From assembly GCA_902783985.1 (NCBI GenBank), contig CACZTI010000061.1:1-47561 (forward strand): 47,561 nt of DNA, given 5' to 3'. The stretch is from an uncultured Erysipelotrichaceae bacterium (GTDB taxonomy: Bacteria > Bacillota_I > Bacilli_A > RF39 > UBA660). Both the position numbers and the translations under genes were made by a program. Below the pieces are notes generated by a model. That model was not told the origin of the DNA. It was given only the letters and a program-made list of their open reading frames with translations, and ran no database searches. How positions within the stretch are numbered: the first letter of the stretch is position 1; each line of letters opens with the position of its first letter. Below, one piece after another: positions 17,613 to 28,086 of this stretch.

Positions 17613-19210
17613 TTTTTCACCTCTTCATAAATATCTGGTAAATCATTTTCATATAAAGCAAAAATATCTTTTCCATCTTCTTTTAGTGCTTCAACAACAC
17701 CATATGAATCTTTTACATTATTTAAAATAAATATATTGTCTTTGTCAAAATTATTTTCAATTAAGCCATCATAAATAGCTTTTGTTTTCTTTTCACCAAT
17801 TAAAATACAATAATCAGCTACATTACTTATTTCTTTTCCAAATTCATAATTTTTTTCTTTTTCAACTTTTCCCAACTCTACCATTCCAGGAGTTACAACA
17901 ACCTTCGTTCCATGCATCATACTAAGTGTTTCAAGAGCACTTTTAGCACCAATTGGATTAGAGTTATAGGCATCATCTAACATATAAATATCATTTAGTT
18001 TTTTTAATTCCAAACGGTGTTCTGTTGGTTTTAAAGTTAAAATACTACTTTTAATATCATTAATATCTACTTTTAAATGAAGTCCTAATGCTATTCCCGC
18101 TAAAATATTATATATATTATGTTTACCTAAAAGTCTTGTTTTAACATTAATTTTTTCGCCATTATAATTACAAGTAAAACTCATTCCATAACTACCATAA
18201 TTAATATTTGTTGCATAAATATCAGCATCATGATTTAAAACACCAATCCATATAACAGGAACATTGTTTTTTAATTTATAATTAACCTGATATGGATCAT
18301 CTTTATTTAATATAGCAACACCATCACTAGGTAATGATTCAATAAGTTCAAATTTTGTTTTACAAATATTTTCACGAGATCCAAATGTTTCTAGATGAGC
18401 TTCTCCTATAACAGTTAAAATTCCATATTTAGGATGAACAAAATCACATAGATTCTTAATTCTACCCATTTTATAGGCACCCATTTCTGCTATTAAAACA
18501 TTATCAAATTTATCTAAATAATTATTAATAGTTATCATAAGACCATATGGTGTATTATAATTCTTCGGTGTAGCACGAGTTATATATTTACTGGATAAAA
18601 TATCATTTAAAATATTTTTACTTGATGTTTTTCCATAACTACCCGTTATTCCAATAACAGTTAAGTCTTTTCTTTCTTTTAATTTTCTTTTAGCTTTATT
18701 ATAATAATATAAATATTCTAGTCCATTTAATGGTGTATCGATAATACTGCAAATAAAGATTAGATAATAGATAATTATTTCAATAAAACATAAAATCATA
18801 AAATAAATTAACTTAATATCCATATTACTTTCTTTAATGGTTAATATTAAAATAAAACCAACAACAATAATAAAAGTTATAAATAATCTTTTTATTCTTG
18901 CAGTTACTTTTAATGGTAATTTATTTTGATTATCTTTATTCTTACTATATTCGTGATATATACAATATATATAAACAAACATACTAGATACATAAAAAAG
19001 ATCTAATAATGTATAATCTTTTGATACATAGACAAAAGCAAAGAAAAGTAATGGAATAAAATCAAATATACAAAATATTTTCGATATATTTCTAATAGTC
19101 CACTTTAAATAACGATTATTTTCATTATATAAATTTTGTTGTAACATATGCATTGCTTCCATACTACGATATACAATATATATAATATAAGTTAATAAAA
19201 ATAATATCAT
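17609..19210 (-). CDS. murF: MurF-type ligase (UDP-MurNAc-tripeptide--D-Ala-D-Ala ligase) with an N-terminal polytopic membrane domain
   Basis: Mur ligase P-loop VIGITGSYGKTSSKN lies at about residue 190, with central and C-terminal Mur domains downstream. It is coupled to ddl. Residues 1-175 are about 5 hydrophobic helices. A strong GGAGG RBS precedes ATG 19210. Confidence 0.8.
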   Translation of the reverse strand: MILFLLTYIIYIVYRSMEAMHMLQQNLYNENNRYLKWTIRNISKIFCIFDFIPLLFFAFVYVSKDYTLLDLFYVSSMFVYIYCIYHEYSKNKDNQNKLPLKVTARIKRLFITFIIVVGFILILTIKESNMDIKLIYFMILCFIEIIIYYLIFICSIIDTPLNGLEYLYYYNKAKRKLKERKDLTVIGITGSYGKTSSKNILNDILSSKYITRATPKNYNTPYGLMITINNYLDKFDNVLIAEMGAYKMGRIKNLCDFVHPKYGILTVIGEAHLETFGSRENICKTKFELIESLPSDGVAILNKDDPYQVNYKLKNNVPVIWIGVLNHDADIYATNINYGSYGMSFTCNYNGEKINVKTRLLGKHNIYNILAGIALGLHLKVDINDIKSSILTLKPTEHRLELKKLNDIYMLDDAYNSNPIGAKSALETLSMMHGTKVVVTPGMVELGKVEKEKNYEFGKEISNVADYCILIGEKKTKAIYDGLIENNFDKDNIFILNNVKDSYGVVEALKEDGKDIFALYENDLPDIYEEVKK

Positions 19211-19219
19211 AACGCCCTC

Positions 19220-19936
19220 CTATATAAAATTATTTAAAATATCAGTTACTCTTTCAAGATTTTCAAGATAACAATAATGAGTTCCAGGTAAAATAATTAA
19301 TGCACTATTCTTAAGTAAACCATCAAGTTCCTTAGCTTCACTTACTGATACAGCAGTATCATTTTCACCCCATATAAGAAGTGCATCACATTTAATTTTT
19401 TTAGCATATTCTGATAAATCTAAATTAACTGTCTTAACCAAAATATCACGCATTTTAGGGGTTGCATTTTTATAATCTACGCTACCTAAATGTTTTTTTA
19501 ATATATTAACAAATGGTCTAAAAATAATTATTTTTTTCATAAATTTAAATACCGCTTGTTTCTTACTTTTATGTTCATGTCGAACACATGGTGCCCCAAA
19601 TAAAACCATTTTCTTAGTAGGATATTTAGAAGCATAGCAAATAGCAACTCTACCACCAAAAGAATGACCAATAATTATGGGATTTGATATTTTTAATTCT
19701 TTTAATAATTCATATACTATATCTGCATAATCTGGTACACCTAAAACACTTTCTGGTTCACTTGATAAACCAAATCCTGGTAAATCAATAATGGTAATTC
19801 GATGATTATCTTCTATTTTTTTACCTAATGGATCCATCATAGCAATATTTTGTCCCCATCCATGTAAAAGAATGACATCATCACCTTTTCCATATTGCTT
19901 ATAATTTATTTTAATATTTTTAATTTTTTTAAACAT
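19220..19936 (-). CDS. Alpha/beta-fold hydrolase
   Basis: VILLHGWGQN and nucleophile elbow GHSFGG. ATG 19936 follows AGGTG. The ORF opens at GTG 19945. Confidence 0.8.
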   Translation of the reverse strand: MFKKIKNIKINYKQYGKGDDVILLHGWGQNIAMMDPLGKKIEDNHRITIIDLPGFGLSSEPESVLGVPDYADIVYELLKELKISNPIIIGHSFGGRVAICYASKYPTKKMVLFGAPCVRHEHKSKKQAVFKFMKKIIIFRPFVNILKKHLGSVDYKNATPKMRDILVKTVNLDLSEYAKKIKCDALLIWGENDTAVSVSEAKELDGLLKNSALIILPGTHYCYLENLERVTDILNNFI

Positions 19937-20013
19937 AATAAACACCTACTCCATTGTATCACAAATTCTTTATTATCCTATATGGAGATAAAAATTATTG
20001 ACATTTTTTTACA

Positions 20014-20421
20014 TTAATTGGTATAATCTTTACATTTGTTAAAACGATTACATTTTAAACAAACATGATATTTAAGACCAGAAGTTCCTTTATCATTTAC
20101 TGCTTTTAAATATTCCACACGTACATAACTATCGCTGTTTACACAGTAATCACCGGCTTCATATGGATTATTAAATTTATCTATAGGTAAATTATTTAAA
20201 TATAATGTTTTAACATCTCCTGTATTCATTGGTTTTTCATTTCCATGCTCTAAAAAATACATTATTGTTGCTTCATGCATATTATCCATGTATGTTTCAA
20301 ATACTCTTTCAGCAGAAGTATTTTGATATGAAATATAAGATATCGTAGCTATTCCTCCAAGTAATGCAATAATAACAATTACTGCCAATAATTCAACTAA
20401 AGTATATCCTTTATTATTCAT
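20014..20421 (-). CDS. Small prepilin-type (class III signal) pilin/pseudopilin-like protein
   Basis: MNNKG|YTLVELLAVIVIIALLGGIA has G at -1 and E at +5. The C-terminal cysteine motif YHVCLKC is shared with the 1038-aa protein. The start overlaps the last codons of tkt, with AGGTGAT inside tkt serving as the RBS. Confidence 0.8.
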   Translation of the reverse strand: MNNKGYTLVELLAVIVIIALLGGIATISYISYQNTSAERVFETYMDNMHEATIMYFLEHGNEKPMNTGDVKTLYLNNLPIDKFNNPYEAGDYCVNSDSYVRVEYLKAVNDKGTSGLKYHVCLKCNRFNKCKDYTN

Positions 20422-22351
20422 GTTTATCACCTATCTCCTTAATTATTTTATTAGAAATTTCTATTTCGGTGAATTTAAAATGATTTAATAAATCCATTTT
20501 ATTACCTGTATCACCAAATTTATTCATACCAAATACTTTTCTTGTATAACCATAATAATAATCTTTAATACCATATGTTATAGCATAAACATTGTTTTTA
20601 GGAATAAGATGTTTCCGATTATTTAAATAATTCTTCTTACATGGCATACTAACAACTCTTGTATCTATTTTATTTTGATTTAATACTTCACTAACTTTTA
20701 AAGCTAAATGAACTTCTTCTCCATTAGCTAATAATGTTACAAATTTTCTTTTCTTTTCTTCTTTTATAATATAAGCGCCACTTTTTATATCAACCTTTTT
20801 TGATAATTCCGTATACTCTTTATTATCTCTAGGAAGTACTAAAACAGATGGATGTCTATTATTTAAAATATCCTTATAACATGCAATAAGTTCATTACTA
20901 TCACATGGACGATAAATATAAAGATTAGGAATAAGTTCAAGTGATGCCAATTGTTCTATTGGTTCATGAGTTATTCCATCTTCACCAACAGTAATAGAAT
21001 CATGAGTAAAAATATAAATTACTGGAAGATTCATAATAGCACTCATTCTAATAGCACCTCTTAAATAATCAGAAAAAACTAAAAAGGTACTACCAAAAGC
21101 TCTTAAATTAGATAGAGACATTCCATTCATTATCGCTCCCATAGCATGTTCTCTAATACCAAAATAGATATTTCTTCCACCATAATTATTACTATCAAAG
21201 ATACCTAAATCTAATAAATTAGTTTTACAAGATGATGAAAGATCAGCAGATCCTCCCATAAGTAATGGAAATTCCTTTGCTATATCATTTAATATTTTAC
21301 CAGAAATATCACGAAGTGAAGTATTATTTTCATGATAATTACTTTTCCTAAAATTATAAGTAATATCATTATTAAAAATCATATCTACTCTATCTTTATC
21401 AACTTGTTTTAAATTATTATAACTTCGATTAAAACTTCTTAATTTCATATACATTCTATTTTGAATTATTCCAACAAAATAATTACTTGAATCATTATCT
21501 AAATAGAATTCTTCATTTGGTATACCAAGTTTACTTTTTATATTTAAAATATCTTCCATATCAAGTGGTTTTCCGTGAGATATATTACTCCCTTCTACTT
21601 TAGAATATTTTCCAATAGTTGTTTTACATATAATAATATTTGGCATATCACTTGAAAAACATTTGTTTATAGCTTGTTCTATATCTTTAATACTATCACC
21701 ATCAACAACCAAAATATTAAAATTCAATGCTTTAAATCTCGTAATTATATCTTCACTACTGGTTCTTCCTAAATCACTATCTAGTGTAACGTTATTATTA
21801 TCATATAAAATGATTAATTTATTAAGTTTAAGTTTACTGGCTAAAGCAAGTGCTTCATAACTTATTCCCTCTTCTAAATCACCATCACCACATAAAACAT
21901 AGGTATAATGATTTATCAAAGTTTTATGGATAGTTTTATTCAAGTATCTTTCTGCAATAGCCATACCTACACTCATTCCAATACCTTGACCAAGAGGTCC
22001 TGTGGCTGCATCAACAAAAGGAATACTAAGTTCTGGATGTCCTTTTAAAACACCACCTAATTTACGAAAGTTTTTAACATCATCTAAACTAATTAAATGT
22101 AACATATAAAGCATACTGTAAAACATTGGAGCCCCATGACCAGCTGATAATATAAAACGATCTCTATTATACCAATTAGAATTATTTAAATCAATATTCA
22201 TAAATCTCGAATATAAAGTATAAAGAATTGTACTAGCTCCTAAACATATCCCAGGATGACCTGATTTAGCATGATTAATCATATCAAGAGATAAACATCT
22301 CATATTATTAATAACTTTATAATCTTCTTCATAAATATTTTTCTTACTCAT
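20414..22351 (-). CDS. tkt: Transketolase
   Basis: HAKSGHPG, GDGDLEEG ThDP motif, and Pyr and C-terminal domains. ATG 22351 is preceded by GGAGA. The ORF opens at 22378. Confidence 0.95.
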   Translation of the reverse strand: MSKKNIYEEDYKVINNMRCLSLDMINHAKSGHPGICLGASTILYTLYSRFMNIDLNNSNWYNRDRFILSAGHGAPMFYSMLYMLHLISLDDVKNFRKLGGVLKGHPELSIPFVDAATGPLGQGIGMSVGMAIAERYLNKTIHKTLINHYTYVLCGDGDLEEGISYEALALASKLKLNKLIILYDNNNVTLDSDLGRTSSEDIITRFKALNFNILVVDGDSIKDIEQAINKCFSSDMPNIIICKTTIGKYSKVEGSNISHGKPLDMEDILNIKSKLGIPNEEFYLDNDSSNYFVGIIQNRMYMKLRSFNRSYNNLKQVDKDRVDMIFNNDITYNFRKSNYHENNTSLRDISGKILNDIAKEFPLLMGGSADLSSSCKTNLLDLGIFDSNNYGGRNIYFGIREHAMGAIMNGMSLSNLRAFGSTFLVFSDYLRGAIRMSAIMNLPVIYIFTHDSITVGEDGITHEPIEQLASLELIPNLYIYRPCDSNELIACYKDILNNRHPSVLVLPRDNKEYTELSKKVDIKSGAYIIKEEKKRKFVTLLANGEEVHLALKVSEVLNQNKIDTRVVSMPCKKNYLNNRKHLIPKNNVYAITYGIKDYYYGYTRKVFGMNKFGDTGNKMDLLNHFKFTEIEISNKIIKEIGDKHE

Positions 22352-22580
22352 TTTTACTCTCCTATAATTATTATACATTTTATTTAAATTATTCTCAAGA
22401 GTTTTTTATTATTAAAAAGAGAAGAAAATTAAATCTATAATGAATTTTTTAAGAATAAAATAGATAAATTAAACATTTCATTCTAGTTTTCTCCTAAAAG
22501 ATATACTAATTCGCCTAATAAGTCCTTGAAAAACATCACATTTTATCATATTCTATAAGTGTCTAGACGAAAGGAATGTT

Positions 22581-23249
22581 ATGAACGGAGAAAAAATTGG
22601 TAAATTTATTAAAGAACTACGAATTCAAAATAATTTAACTCAACAAGAACTTGGTGATAAATTAGGAATTAGTGGTAAATCAATATCCAAATGGGAACGT
22701 GGTATTAATCTACCTGATATCACTATACTTTCTGATATATCAAAAATCTTTCATATTACTATAGATGAATTATTAAATGGATCTTTAATAGATAAAGAAA
22801 AGAATAATAACTATTTTAAAAAAATATTAATTCTTACAATAACTTTGATAATAATACTGATATCATTTATCATTATTAAAAATTATCATACATATGAAAT
22901 ATATCATTTAAATAGTGATAATACTATTCTCGATGTCGATGGATATTTAATATTTAATCATAAGGAACATATCTTATTAATAAATTCACTTAAATATCAT
23001 GGAGATATAAATGAACACACTGATAATATAAAAATTATTTTACAAAATAATGATGATGAACTAATTAATTACAATATTAATTATCAAAAAGATTTAATAA
23101 AAAATTTAATTAATAAAACAACATTAAATATTAAAACATCAAAAAATTATAAAAAAATTGATAATTTAAATTTAATAATTAAGTTTAATAATCAAAGTAT
23201 TGCAACGAAATTAAGAATTACGGAAAAATTATCAAATAATATATTTTAA
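22581..23249 (+). CDS. Membrane-anchored XRE-family transcriptional regulator
   Basis: HTH LTQQELGDKLGISGKSISKWERG, one TM helix (ILILTITLIIILISFIII), and an extracytoplasmic C-terminal domain. Confidence 0.75.
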   Translation: MNGEKIGKFIKELRIQNNLTQQELGDKLGISGKSISKWERGINLPDITILSDISKIFHITIDELLNGSLIDKEKNNNYFKKILILTITLIIILISFIIIKNYHTYEIYHLNSDNTILDVDGYLIFNHKEHILLINSLKYHGDINEHTDNIKIILQNNDDELINYNINYQKDLIKNLINKTTLNIKTSKNYKKIDNLNLIIKFNNQSIATKLRITEKLSNNIF

Positions 23250-23261
23250 AAAGGAGATTTT

Positions 23262-24476
23262 ATGAAAAAAAATATTATCAGAACAATATCAATAATTATT
23301 TTAATAATAACTTTTATTATTGACTTTTTCTTTAACGAAAAAACTAATTTTCAATATGAAAATTTAATTAATATTACCTATTTATTAGGAATATCAATAA
23401 TCTTTTATTTAACAAATAAAGATAATAAAAACAACTATAAATACTATTTATTATTTTATATTATTCTATATATTTACTTATCTTTTAATAGAGATTTTAA
23501 ATATAATTATCAATTCTATAATTTAATACCATTTAGAACTATTTTATCCATTAATAATAATCAATTTATTTTGAAAACATTAATATATAATTTAGTAATT
23601 TTTATACCATTTGGTATTATAATATACAATTTAAAAGATGAAAATAAATACTTTAAAAATTATTTTATTACAATAACCTTTTTAACCGTATTAATAAGAG
23701 GTCTTGGATATTTATTTCATTATATGGTCTTTGATATTGATGATATTATCTTAAATATAATTGGATCTTTAATAACCTACATTATTTTAAAGAAAAATAA
23801 ATATAATATCAAAATTAATATTAAAGAAAAAAACAAGACAATATGGATTATAATTATATATATCATAATAATCTTAATATCAATATATAAAATATTAGGA
23901 GGAAGTATATCATTTTATAATATTTATCACCGTGATTTTAGTCATATTACCTGTATTAAAACAAATGAAAAACTAATTACTTCTAAGGGAAATTATCATT
24001 ATTATTCAAATTGTGATTATCAAAATAGTTATGTTATTGCAGGTCACTATCAATATAGCATAAGAGAATATATTAATTCATTTTATTTTAAAGAAAGTGA
24101 TCTTGATAAATTAAAACTATATAAAAAAGAAATATTACATGATATTAATGTATATCAAAAAGATAACATTATTAAAGAAATAAAAACTAATACTTATACG
24201 AAAAAATATTTAGTTAATATCGATTATATTACTTTATATAAAGATAATACTTTATATGAAATAAAAGATATCATACCCGATGATATTAATATCTATTCTT
24301 TAGTTAAATTTAATCGAAATCAAAATTTTGGAAAATATCATGTAATAATATATGAAGGAGAATATTTTAATATTATAAATATTCATTTACAAGATAAAGC
24401 TGGAAGTGAATATATCATACCAAAAAATTATCCATTAAATGAAAGAAATATTACTAAACTATATAACCATAAATAA
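23262..24476 (+). CDS. VanZ-like membrane protein with an extra C-terminal domain
   Basis: NLIPFRTI and FIPFGIIIY motifs typical of VanZ. Multiple TM helices, then a 180-aa soluble tail. Confidence 0.65.
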   Translation: MKKNIIRTISIIILIITFIIDFFFNEKTNFQYENLINITYLLGISIIFYLTNKDNKNNYKYYLLFYIILYIYLSFNRDFKYNYQFYNLIPFRTILSINNNQFILKTLIYNLVIFIPFGIIIYNLKDENKYFKNYFITITFLTVLIRGLGYLFHYMVFDIDDIILNIIGSLITYIILKKNKYNIKINIKEKNKTIWIIIIYIIIILISIYKILGGSISFYNIYHRDFSHITCIKTNEKLITSKGNYHYYSNCDYQNSYVIAGHYQYSIREYINSFYFKESDLDKLKLYKKEILHDINVYQKDNIIKEIKTNTYTKKYLVNIDYITLYKDNTLYEIKDIIPDDINIYSLVKFNRNQNFGKYHVIIYEGEYFNIINIHLQDKAGSEYIIPKNYPLNERNITKLYNHK

Positions 24477-24564
24477 TAGAAATTTTTTCTATTATTTTTT
24501 TTAATTTGTTATTGAAAAAAAGACACAATTCGACTATACTATTTATTGTAAGAAGAGGTGGAAA

Positions 24565-24885
24565 ATGAAAAAGCAAGAAAAACAAGAAAAAGAAACAAAA
24601 ACCAATAAAGTAACAATCATTCTTTTAATTATAAGTATTCTTTTATTAATCGCAAGTTGTACTTATTTTATTATATTAAAAGACAAAAACAATAATTATG
24701 ATAAGGAGTTATCTAATCTAAATACCAGTATTACTAAAGCAAAGGACAAATTAACAACTGATGCTGAAACCAAAGAAGAAAAAAATAAAAAATTAGAAGA
24801 TTTAAAAAATGAATTAAAGGATAATGTTGAGGAGTTAGAATTATGGAAAGAACTAAAGAAACAATTAGAAGATGCTTTATCATAA
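24565..24885 (+). CDS. Membrane-anchored coiled-coil protein, function unknown
   Basis: RBS AGAGGTGG. One TM helix, then a K/E-rich heptad-like sequence. Confidence 0.5.
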   Translation: MKKQEKQEKETKTNKVTIILLIISILLLIASCTYFIILKDKNNNYDKELSNLNTSITKAKDKLTTDAETKEEKNKKLEDLKNELKDNVEELELWKELKKQLEDALS

Positions 24886-25778
24886 TTAATGTTATTGCTG
24901 TTGGTATATTTGTTTATTTAATATTTAATGAGAATAATCTTACTAAAGAAAAATTAAATGAAAAAGATAAAATAACCAAAGAATATCAAGTATTAATGAA
25001 TGATACCTCTATTAGTGAAAAAGAAATCGAAGAAGTCAATAAAAGTATTGATGAATTAGAACATGTTGATGAAACAGTTAAAACTATCAAAGAAGAAGTA
25101 TTTAAACTAGCAAGTAATGTAGAACAAAAAATACAAAAAAATGAATCAAAAATGAAAATAGCTTATCTAACATTTGATGATGGACCATATTATAATACAT
25201 ATAAAGTACTAAATATTTTAAAAGAAAATCATGTTAAAGCAACTTTCTTTACCACCAATGTTAATGGTGACAAATGCTTTGATAACAGAAATTATGAATG
25301 TCATAAATTATATAAAGAATATGCCAAAGCCAATCATACAATAGCTAATCATACATATACTCATGGTTGGAGTAGAGGTTTATATAGAAGTACTGAAAGT
25401 TTTATGGATGCCGTTAAAAAACAAGAAAACCTAGTTAAAAGTGAAACGGGACTTATTACTAATATTGTAAGATTCCCAGGTGGCAGTGGAACTCCAGGCA
25501 AAACTAAAGGTGCTGCTATGAAACAAGCTCTTTATAAAGCTGGATATGGTTGGGTTGATTGGTCAGCCCAAGATGGTGATGGTAAAGGTGTATCAAGTCT
25601 TGATGAAGCAAGAAATATCTTTAAAAAAAGCATTGATAATCCTATTGAAGTTATCTTATTTCATGATTATGATCAAAAAACCACTAAATTATTACCAGAA
25701 TTTATTAAATATCTAAGAGATAGAAATTATATATTACTTCCATTATTTTATGAAAGTGTTATGATAAACAAAAAATAA
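24843..25778 (+). CDS. Polysaccharide (peptidoglycan) deacetylase, NodB homology domain, membrane anchored
   Basis: IAYLTFDDGPY, VKATFF and HTYTHG motifs. N-terminal TM helix plus coiled coil. Confidence 0.85.
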   Translation: MERTKETIRRCFIIINVIAVGIFVYLIFNENNLTKEKLNEKDKITKEYQVLMNDTSISEKEIEEVNKSIDELEHVDETVKTIKEEVFKLASNVEQKIQKNESKMKIAYLTFDDGPYYNTYKVLNILKENHVKATFFTTNVNGDKCFDNRNYECHKLYKEYAKANHTIANHTYTHGWSRGLYRSTESFMDAVKKQENLVKSETGLITNIVRFPGGSGTPGKTKGAAMKQALYKAGYGWVDWSAQDGDGKGVSSLDEARNIFKKSIDNPIEVILFHDYDQKTTKLLPEFIKYLRDRNYILLPLFYESVMINKK

Positions 25779-25790
25779 GTTAGCAATAAC

Positions 25791-27098
25791 TTATTTTTTT
25801 AATAATTCTTTATATTTATTAATCATTGGTGATATATTAGCACAACTCATAAAGCATAAAACAGCATTATGATATTTAAGTAATTCATTAACTTTTTCAA
25901 TACTAATCATTTCACTATTATTAATTTTTTTAGTTAAATTAAAACTTGATACATCAGGATAATCTTCTTGTTTTTCCCTATCACACTTAATATCCATCAA
26001 ATAAGCTTTATCATATAAACTAAGAGATTTAATAAAATCACTTTCTAAAGCTTTAGTTCTTGAATAAGTATTAGGAAGAAATATTGCAATTATTTCTTTA
26101 TTAGGATACTTAGCTTTAGCAGAATCATAAGTAACTCTTATTTCTGTTGGATGATGAGCATAATCATCAATAATAACATTATCACCTATTATTTCTTCTG
26201 AAAACCTTCTTTTAGCATGAGAAAAACTTTCTATTTCTTCTTTAATAATCTTTTTATCTATATTATATAAAATACTTGCAAGAATAGCAGCAGAAGCATC
26301 TAATATTAAATGTTTACCAAATAAATTTACTTCATATGAATCAAAATATTGTTCTTTATAATAAACATCAAACTTTGTCTTATTATCCTCTACTCGATAA
26401 TTTTTAATTATTAAATCATTATTATCGTTAAAACCATAATAATATCCTTTATTAACTTTTAACTTTAAAGAATTAATATCATCTCCACATAAAATAACAT
26501 TATTTTTATTTTTATCTACAAATTCTTGAAAAGCCTTTACCATATCAATGATTGTTGGATATGTTTCTGTATGATCCAACTCAATATTAGTTATTATAGT
26601 ATCAAATGGATGGTATGACAAAAAATGCTTATTATATTCACATGATTCAATAACTAATAAATTACTATTTTTATTACCAAAACCTGTTCCGTCACCTACG
26701 AAGTAAGAACATCCTAAAGCTTTATTTAAAATTTTAGCAAACATAAGAGATGTTGTTGTTTTACCATGTGTTCCACAAACACAAATACTTTGTTTATCAA
26801 GAGTAAGTTTTGCCATGACATCTTTATATGGTATAACCTTAAATCCTAAATCAATACATCTTTTTACTTCATGATGATTAGTATCAATTGCCGCAGTATA
26901 AGTAACAATGGTATCTTTATTTAAATTAGGAAGATCACTTCCAGTATAGATTTTAATATTTCTATCTAATAATCCTTCCATAGTAAATTTATAAGATTCA
27001 GCATCATCATACCCCATTACATTATTTCCTAAATCATGTAAAAGACAAGCTAATGTACTCATACCACTTCCCTTTATACCAATTAAATAATAATTCAT
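25791..27098 (-). CDS. murC: UDP-N-acetylmuramate--L-alanine ligase
   Basis: YYLIGIKGSGMSTLACLLHDLG and GTHGKTTT. ATG 27098 lies after GGAAGTGA. The ORF opens at GTG 27113. Confidence 0.9.
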   Translation of the reverse strand: MNYYLIGIKGSGMSTLACLLHDLGNNVMGYDDAESYKFTMEGLLDRNIKIYTGSDLPNLNKDTIVTYTAAIDTNHHEVKRCIDLGFKVIPYKDVMAKLTLDKQSICVCGTHGKTTTSLMFAKILNKALGCSYFVGDGTGFGNKNSNLLVIESCEYNKHFLSYHPFDTIITNIELDHTETYPTIIDMVKAFQEFVDKNKNNVILCGDDINSLKLKVNKGYYYGFNDNNDLIIKNYRVEDNKTKFDVYYKEQYFDSYEVNLFGKHLILDASAAILASILYNIDKKIIKEEIESFSHAKRRFSEEIIGDNVIIDDYAHHPTEIRVTYDSAKAKYPNKEIIAIFLPNTYSRTKALESDFIKSLSLYDKAYLMDIKCDREKQEDYPDVSSFNLTKKINNSEMISIEKVNELLKYHNAVLCFMSCANISPMINKYKELLKK

Positions 27099-27187
27099 TT
27101 CAATCACTTCCACAAGTATTATATCAAAAAATCAAAATAATGTATCTATTTTTTCTAAATTTCGCTATAATATACCTTGGTGATATT

Positions 27188-28081
27188 ATGAATTTATATA
27201 AAGATTGTACATTATGTCCTAGACTATGTCATATTAATCGTTATCAAAATAAAGGTTTTTGTAAATTAAATAATAAAGTTAAATTATCTCTTGCTAAACC
27301 TTTTTTCTATGAAGAACCACCTATTAGTGGAACCAATGGTTCTGGAACCATCTTCTTTACAGGATGTAATTTACGTTGTGTTTTCTGCCAAAATATCGAA
27401 ATATCTAAATATATGAAAGGAATTAATGTAAGTATTAAACGACTTTCAGAAATTATGTTAGAACTCCAAGAAAAAAAGGTTCATAACATTAATTTAGTAA
27501 CACCAACAATGTTTGTCCCAAGTATAATTAAAGCTATTAAATTAGCAAGAAAAAATGGTCTTAAGATACCAATAGTCTATAATTCTAGTGGCTATGAAAA
27601 TGTCGAAACAATTAAATTATTAGAAGGTTACATTGATATATATTTACCAGATTTCAAGTATTTTAATAATGATTTAGCCAAAAAATATTCTAATATTAAT
27701 AATTATGTAGAAAATGCAAAAGCATCACTTAAAGAAATGGTTAAACAAACTGGTACTTGTTCATTTGATAATAATGGTATCATGAAAAAAGGTATTATAG
27801 TAAGACACTTATTATTGCCAACACTTTTAGATGATTCAAAGAAAATAATTAAATATTTATATGATACATATCACGATGATATCTATATAAGTATCATGAA
27901 TCAATATACTCCCAATAAAGAAGTAACTGGAATACTCAAAAACACGATTAAAGAAAATGATTATAATAAACTAATTGATTATGCGGTAGAACTAGGTATT
28001 AATAATGCTTTCTGTCAAATTGAAGGTACTCAAAATGATAGTTTTATCCCAAATTTTAATTATTATGGCATTAAAAAATAA
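27188..28081 (+). CDS. Radical SAM protein, PflX-like (pyruvate formate-lyase activase homologue)
   Basis: CNLRCVFCQN radical SAM cluster plus N-terminal CTLCPRLC. ATG 27188 follows GGTGAT. The upstream part of the ORF is antisense to murC. Confidence 0.8.
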   Translation: MNLYKDCTLCPRLCHINRYQNKGFCKLNNKVKLSLAKPFFYEEPPISGTNGSGTIFFTGCNLRCVFCQNIEISKYMKGINVSIKRLSEIMLELQEKKVHNINLVTPTMFVPSIIKAIKLARKNGLKIPIVYNSSGYENVETIKLLEGYIDIYLPDFKYFNNDLAKKYSNINNYVENAKASLKEMVKQTGTCSFDNNGIMKKGIIVRHLLLPTLLDDSKKIIKYLYDTYHDDIYISIMNQYTPNKEVTGILKNTIKENDYNKLIDYAVELGINNAFCQIEGTQNDSFIPNFNYYGIKK

Positions 28082-28086
28082 CTTTG

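Noticed and set aside
24565-25778. The 43-nt overlap of the 106-aa ORF with the deacetylase ORF considered as a frameshifted single gene.
   Set aside because: Each ORF has its own RBS and its own N-terminal TM helix plus coiled coil. The second is a complete NodB-domain protein on its own.
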